Positions 60,301 through 64,000 of a stretch of 64,000 bases of DNA are shown piece by piece. Position 1 is the stretch's first letter. Every line of letters starts with the position of its first letter. This stretch comes from an uncultured Fibrobacteria bacterium (GTDB taxonomy: Bacteria > Fibrobacterota > Fibrobacteria > UBA11236): the NCBI GenBank assembly GCA_963716395.1, contig OY970309.1, positions 3,584,001 to 3,648,000 on the forward strand. The letters run 5' to 3'. The notes beneath the pieces were generated by a model. It worked only from the letters and a program-made list of their open reading frames with translations. It made no database searches and had not been told where the DNA came from. Position numbers and translations under genes: made by a program.

Positions 60301-60499
60301 ATTGTTCCCGGCCGCAATTTCGCATGGCATCGGCTCCGAGACCCAGCGGCCTTTGGCCATCGTGGTAATCGGGGGACTGGTCAGCGCCACCGCGCTGACC
60401 TTGCTGGTCTTCCCCATCGTGTTCCACATCGCCTACCGCAAAACCGCGGCCCGGCATCCGCCGGCATCCGCGCGCGGCTGGTCCCTGGCGCCGGATTGA
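57362..60499 (+). CDS. CzcA/CusA family heavy-metal RND permease
   Basis: LPIEAFPDVTN, GAVDFGIIIDGAVVMVE, EGKMFSPLA, GTEFLPELDEG, RVRPVVMTA, QRPLAIVVIGGL. Confidence 0.95.
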   Translation: MIKLVKSVLGFSLKNRFFVFFVTGLLALAGLYAYWTLPIEAFPDVTNTQIIIITQWPGQSAEEVERFVTVPLEVAMGPVQRKISVRSITMFGLSVIKIVFDDDIDDAFARQQVNGRLAAASLPDGVEPEVEPPYGPTGEIYRYVLTSPHRNSRQLLELQNWVVDRELRTVEGVADINPFGGEDKIYAVAVDPLRLDQYGITPLDVYSAIQRNNLNVGGDVIERNDQAFVVRGIGLLTSVRDIENVLVDQRGGTPILVKDVAHVSETGATRLGQAGLDENDDVVEGIVVMRKGENPSDVLKRLKAKVKDINEHILPPDVKMQTFYDRDVLIRYCTHTVLHNLFEGIVLVTAVVFLFMADWRTTLIVSLVVPLSLLFAFLCLRLRGMSANLLSLGAVDFGIIIDGAVVMVEGLFVVMARLSDRIGRERYARLSKLGLIRREGAPLGKAVFFSKLIIITALLPIFSFQKVEGKMFSPLAWTLGFALAGALLYTLTLVPVLFSLLQRTQAREKHNPFVIFVQRRTLQAFHFCFAHKALSLGAACIVMVLSLLSTSCLGTEFLPELDEGALWVEAGLPVSTSLSATVAMVHRIRAKLLRFPEVQSVLSQTGRSNDGTDPSGFYYMQAAVNLYPEDQWKRHITKEQLVDEMDSALKVFPGIVYNYSQPIIDNVEEAVAGFNCSQAVKVIGPDLNVADSLAGLVVNAMHGTPGIADLGILESIGQPEVKIVLDPERMAAYGVATADAQAVTEMAIGGKTATQLYEGDRKFDVRVRYPLEFRRTQADIGRLRVPTLHGGGVPLGEIADIQTVTGPLFIYRDAGRRFVAAKFSVRDRDLGSTIRDAQARVDQAVHLPPGYSFGWTGEFENQVRANKRLGQMIPISIILIFILLFIAFGNPKDAALVLVNVPFALIGGILALLITGTIFGISAGVGFIALFGICIQNGVILVSVFHRNLKAGLDLDAAIVRGVTERVRPVVMTAMMAALGLFPAAISHGIGSETQRPLAIVVIGGLVSATALTLLVFPIVFHIAYRKTAARHPPASARGWSLAPD

Positions 60500-60542
60500 A
60501 ACCGCGGGGGCGCCGCCCCGATAGGCGGCCGAACCCTGGCCG

Positions 60543-61922
60543 TTACGCCGCCGAAGGAAAATCCAGCACCACCGTGGTGCCTTGGCCCGGCGTGCTGGTA
60601 AGGGTCACCATGCCCTGGTGCAATTCCACGATGGCCTTGACCAGGGCCAAGCCGATGCCGCTACCGGGGATGGAGTGCACCGCCGCCCCGCGATAAAAGG
60701 GCTGAAACACCTTCTGCTGTTCTTCGGGGGAAATGCCCAGGCCGCGATCCGCGCACTGCAACTGCAAGCGCGACCCGGTGCTGGCCAGGGTGATTTTGAT
60801 CGGTTCACCCGCCGGCGAATATTTCAGGGCGTTGTCGAGCACATTGGCCACGGCGCTGCGCAGTAAATCCCCGTTGCCGACCACCGACAGCCGCGCTTCA
60901 TCGTCAGGAAAATTGGCGAAAGCGACTTCGACCGTCCGCTGGGCATGGCGGCGCTTGGCCTCTTCCAGCGCAGAAAACAGGATTTCATCCAGGCGCTGCG
61001 GCTCCGAACGCCTTCCCGCCCAGCCCGATTCGGCGCGGGCCAGGAGCAACAGATTGTTGGTCGAACGTTTGAGTGCCCGCACATCGTCGTACACACTGGA
61101 GAGCAAGGTGCGGTATTCTTCGGTCGAACGTGGCTGCATCAAGGCGACTTCAAGCTGCCCTTCCACCGAGGTGAGCGGCGTGCGCAGCTCGTGCGAGGCG
61201 TTGGCAATGAATTGTCGTTGCGAGCGAAAGGCGGTTTCCAGGCGGTCGAGCATGCCGTTGAAGGCATGCGCCAGATGCGACAGTTCATCCTGCTGTGTGC
61301 CTTCTTCGATGCGCACGTGGAGATCCGAGGCCGAAACGCCCTCAGCCTGGCGCGTAATGCGTGCGATGGGTGCGATGGTCCGGCCGGCGAACCAACTGCC
61401 GAGCACATAGACCGCCAGCAAAGCCACCGGATAGCTGAGCAGGAGGCCGATGCGCAATTTGGCCAAGGTGCGCAATCCCACGATGTCTTGCGCGGCGATG
61501 GCGACGACATAGGTTTTGTCTTCGTCTTCGAAGCTCATGAACACCATTTGGGTGTCGCGCACCGTGCGCAAACGCAAACCGGCGGACAGGGCCGCGTCGC
61601 GATCGGCGGAGTCGAGTTGCACCGGGCGTTCGCCGGAATGGAAGGCCACCCGGTTCTGGAGGTCGAAGATGCCGACGCTTTCATGCGGCAGCTTGTTTAA
61701 CAGCTTGCGGCGAAAAGGCTGCAGGGCGCTTTCGCTCAAATTGTCGCTGCGCAAGACGATGGTGGCGGAAGCCACGGCGTCGGCGCGCAATTCGGAATAA
61801 AACTGGCGCGCGCGCAGAAATTTGGCATAGGCATAGGTCACCGTGCCGAAAATTCCGAGAATGAGAGCCACCAGCACGGTGAACCACAAGGCCAGGCGGG
61901 CCTTGAAGGTCAGCCGCTTCAT
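60543..61922 (-). CDS. heavy-metal-type sensor histidine kinase
   Basis: Two TMs, HAMP, ASHELRTPL H-box, NVLDNALKYS, DRGLGI, GSGIGL. Confidence 0.93.
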   Translation of the reverse strand: MKRLTFKARLALWFTVLVALILGIFGTVTYAYAKFLRARQFYSELRADAVASATIVLRSDNLSESALQPFRRKLLNKLPHESVGIFDLQNRVAFHSGERPVQLDSADRDAALSAGLRLRTVRDTQMVFMSFEDEDKTYVVAIAAQDIVGLRTLAKLRIGLLLSYPVALLAVYVLGSWFAGRTIAPIARITRQAEGVSASDLHVRIEEGTQQDELSHLAHAFNGMLDRLETAFRSQRQFIANASHELRTPLTSVEGQLEVALMQPRSTEEYRTLLSSVYDDVRALKRSTNNLLLLARAESGWAGRRSEPQRLDEILFSALEEAKRRHAQRTVEVAFANFPDDEARLSVVGNGDLLRSAVANVLDNALKYSPAGEPIKITLASTGSRLQLQCADRGLGISPEEQQKVFQPFYRGAAVHSIPGSGIGLALVKAIVELHQGMVTLTSTPGQGTTVVLDFPSAA

Positions 61923-62617
61923 GCCGGCTTTTCGGAGTCGTCGTCGCGCAGCACGTAGCCCGCGCCAATCACGGTGTGGATCAGCTTGGGCTGGAAATCG
62001 CGATCGATTTTCTTGCGGAGAAAACTCACGTACACGTCGATGACGTTGCTTTCGGTGTCGAAACGAATGTCCCAAACGTGTTCGGCCAATTCGGTGCGCG
62101 GGATGACGCGCCGCCGGTGCCGCAGAAAATATTCCAGCAAAGCGAACTCTTTCGAAGTCAATTCGATGCGCCGGCCCGACCGAACCACTTGGCGGCTGTG
62201 CAGGTTCAAGGTGAGATCGGCGCAGGTCAGCACCGCCGTCTCGCCCCCGCGCGTCGCACCCGCGCGCCGGAACAGCGCCCGCAGGCGGGCCAGCAGCTCG
62301 CGAAATTCAAATGGTTTCACCAGGTAATCGTCGGCGCCCGCGTCCAGCCCCTGCAATTTGTCGTCGGTCGAATCGAGCGCGGTCAGCATGAGAATCGGCA
62401 TTTCGGGCACGCAACCACGCAAGGTGCGGCACACCGCGAACCCGCTTTTGTGCGGCAGCATGACATCGAGAATCACGGCGTCGTACTTCGAGGCCAGCGC
62501 CAGGCGTTCGCCTTCGGCGCCGTCGAGCGCGATATCCACCGAATACGCCTGTTCCTGCAATCCCTTCTTGATGAAGGAAGCCACTTTCTTTTCGTCTTCC
62601 ACCAGCAGGATTTTCAT
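61919..62617 (-). CDS. OmpR-family response regulator (CusR/CzcR-like)
   Basis: MKILLVEDE, LDVMLP, GADDYLVKPF, NVIDVYV..LR.KID, HTVIGAGY. Confidence 0.95.
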   Translation of the reverse strand: MKILLVEDEKKVASFIKKGLQEQAYSVDIALDGAEGERLALASKYDAVILDVMLPHKSGFAVCRTLRGCVPEMPILMLTALDSTDDKLQGLDAGADDYLVKPFEFRELLARLRALFRRAGATRGGETAVLTCADLTLNLHSRQVVRSGRRIELTSKEFALLEYFLRHRRRVIPRTELAEHVWDIRFDTESNVIDVYVSFLRKKIDRDFQPKLIHTVIGAGYVLRDDDSEKPA

Positions 62618-62715
62618 GCCGCCTCCGCGCCCAAAAGCGGCACTAAGCTACAAAGCGCGCGCCCGGTGCGGCCGTTACCGGCGCCGTGAACTTCAGCGCC
62701 GACATTAAAATGCCA

Positions 62716-63816
62716 TTAAATACCGATCATGAGCCCGGCACTCAGCGACGGATATTTGGCAAAGTTATAATCGGCGTTCAGGTTGAAAACGAGGAGGTGC
62801 ATACCCAGTCCCAAGGTCAGTCGGGTGTCATTATCGCCCGCCAAATCAAAGCGGATATTCTCGGTTTGCTCTCCCGACGGAGTATTCACGTTCAGATCGT
62901 AATGGAAGGTCATGGTGCAGGTCTCGTACTGAAAGCCGGCATAGGGGGTGAGGTTGAACAGCCTCCCGCCCAAAGTTTTGCTCACGTCGATCCCATAGGC
63001 CGAAGTGTTGGCATCGAACAATTCCCCCACCTGCAAGTGTTGATAGAAATAGCCGAGACAGAAATCGATGGGCAGTTTGTTACCCAGCCACACCTCTGGA
63101 TTATGCTGGATGCCGAACCCGAAAAAATTCAAGCTGCCGACATCGGGAATGTCGAACGTGGGCAGCCAGCGCAGCGTCAAATTGGTGCCGAACACCGTTC
63201 CGATGCCGATTTGAGGCGCCAACAAAGGCAGGGGGTAGTTCTTGATTTTGTTCAGAATGCCGACCACCGGCAGCACCAAGGTGTCGGTGGGGATGGCGAT
63301 GGAATCGTTGGGCGACGACAGCCCGGTCGCCAGATTCCGGCCATTGTAAACCACGCGCACGCTATCGTTTCTCGACCCGATGACCGTGGGACCGTAGAAG
63401 CGCACGGTATTGTCGACCGTGGCCAGGTGGTTGGCCAGCGAATCCCGCACCGCCTGCTGCTGCGACGCGGGAATCGATGAGAAGTCGACCTGATTGAGAA
63501 GGCTGCGTGACTCCGAAGTGTCGAAGCGGAACGAACCCTGCACGTCGAAGGTTTGGGGGCCGTTCCCGAGCAGACTCCCCATCGCGATGGTGCCGGCTTC
63601 GAAGGTGAAACCGAATTTTACCGGTTGAGGCGCACGGTGGTACCAACCCGCATTGAGATCGGCCCCCAGGCCGGACACCACCGGCGCGACGTACTGTTTG
63701 GCCGCTTCCGTCGTCAGTTGCGTCATCTCGTCCGACAGACTGTTTCCGGCGCGCGCCGCTCCGGATCCGAGCAGGACAAACGCCGGTAACAACCGCCATC
63801 CAATTCCATTCCGCAT
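62716..63816 (-). CDS. exported/outer-membrane protein (DUF6588-like)
   Basis: Signal peptide, LNAGWYH.A, PQ..G...GT.L.LR.LP, G.G.QH, and beta-strand-rich C-terminus. Confidence 0.65.
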   Translation of the reverse strand: MRNGIGWRLLPAFVLLGSGAARAGNSLSDEMTQLTTEAAKQYVAPVVSGLGADLNAGWYHRAPQPVKFGFTFEAGTIAMGSLLGNGPQTFDVQGSFRFDTSESRSLLNQVDFSSIPASQQQAVRDSLANHLATVDNTVRFYGPTVIGSRNDSVRVVYNGRNLATGLSSPNDSIAIPTDTLVLPVVGILNKIKNYPLPLLAPQIGIGTVFGTNLTLRWLPTFDIPDVGSLNFFGFGIQHNPEVWLGNKLPIDFCLGYFYQHLQVGELFDANTSAYGIDVSKTLGGRLFNLTPYAGFQYETCTMTFHYDLNVNTPSGEQTENIRFDLAGDNDTRLTLGLGMHLLVFNLNADYNFAKYPSLSAGLMIGI

Positions 63817-64000
63817 GGGGCTTCCTTGGTTCCGCCGGATCGCGCCGGCGCTGGGTGGAAAAAGTCGGCTTATTCTAACATGAGACCGGGTGCAGAGCAA
63901 TAATCCTCCCGCCCGGGCCGAGGCGCAAGGCACGCCTTGCCCGAGGAAGAGCGGTTTTTACATTCCCGCGGTTATGGGAAGAATTCTCTGTGTGACAGGA

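Overview
GC-rich bacterial chromosome segment. The eukaryote-type HisA, the T9SS-like C-terminal tail on a GH39 and the SpoVG pair suggest Fibrobacterota or a related FCB lineage (inference only). Housekeeping genes at ~1-14.5 kb and ~31.3-64 kb include mnmG, alr, mtgA, hisA, ssrA, comM, spoVG x2, a glnE-like gene, rsmG, galT, a PilT pair, three tRNAs and a CzcCBA-like efflux system with its two-component regulator. Between them lies a more AT-rich, decaying defence island (~14.5-31.2 kb) next to the 3' end of tmRNA. The island holds a truncated P4-like integrase, two broken type I restriction-modification operons, a further hsdR remnant, an intact AbiEi/AbiEii-like pair and two unknown genes. 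It also holds an intact AbiF-like HEPN toxin preceded by its own sigma70 promoter and a ~60-nt structured, terminator-ended RNA, a candidate RNA antitoxin. Other highlights: an HsdS fused to a ~200-aa DarG-CTD/SocA-like domain, an hsdS in which only the two variable TRDs are scrambled, and a sigma54-type promoter upstream of an unannotated 57-aa ORF coupled to LOG and beta-CASP genes. All calls come from reading motifs by eye; no searches were run.
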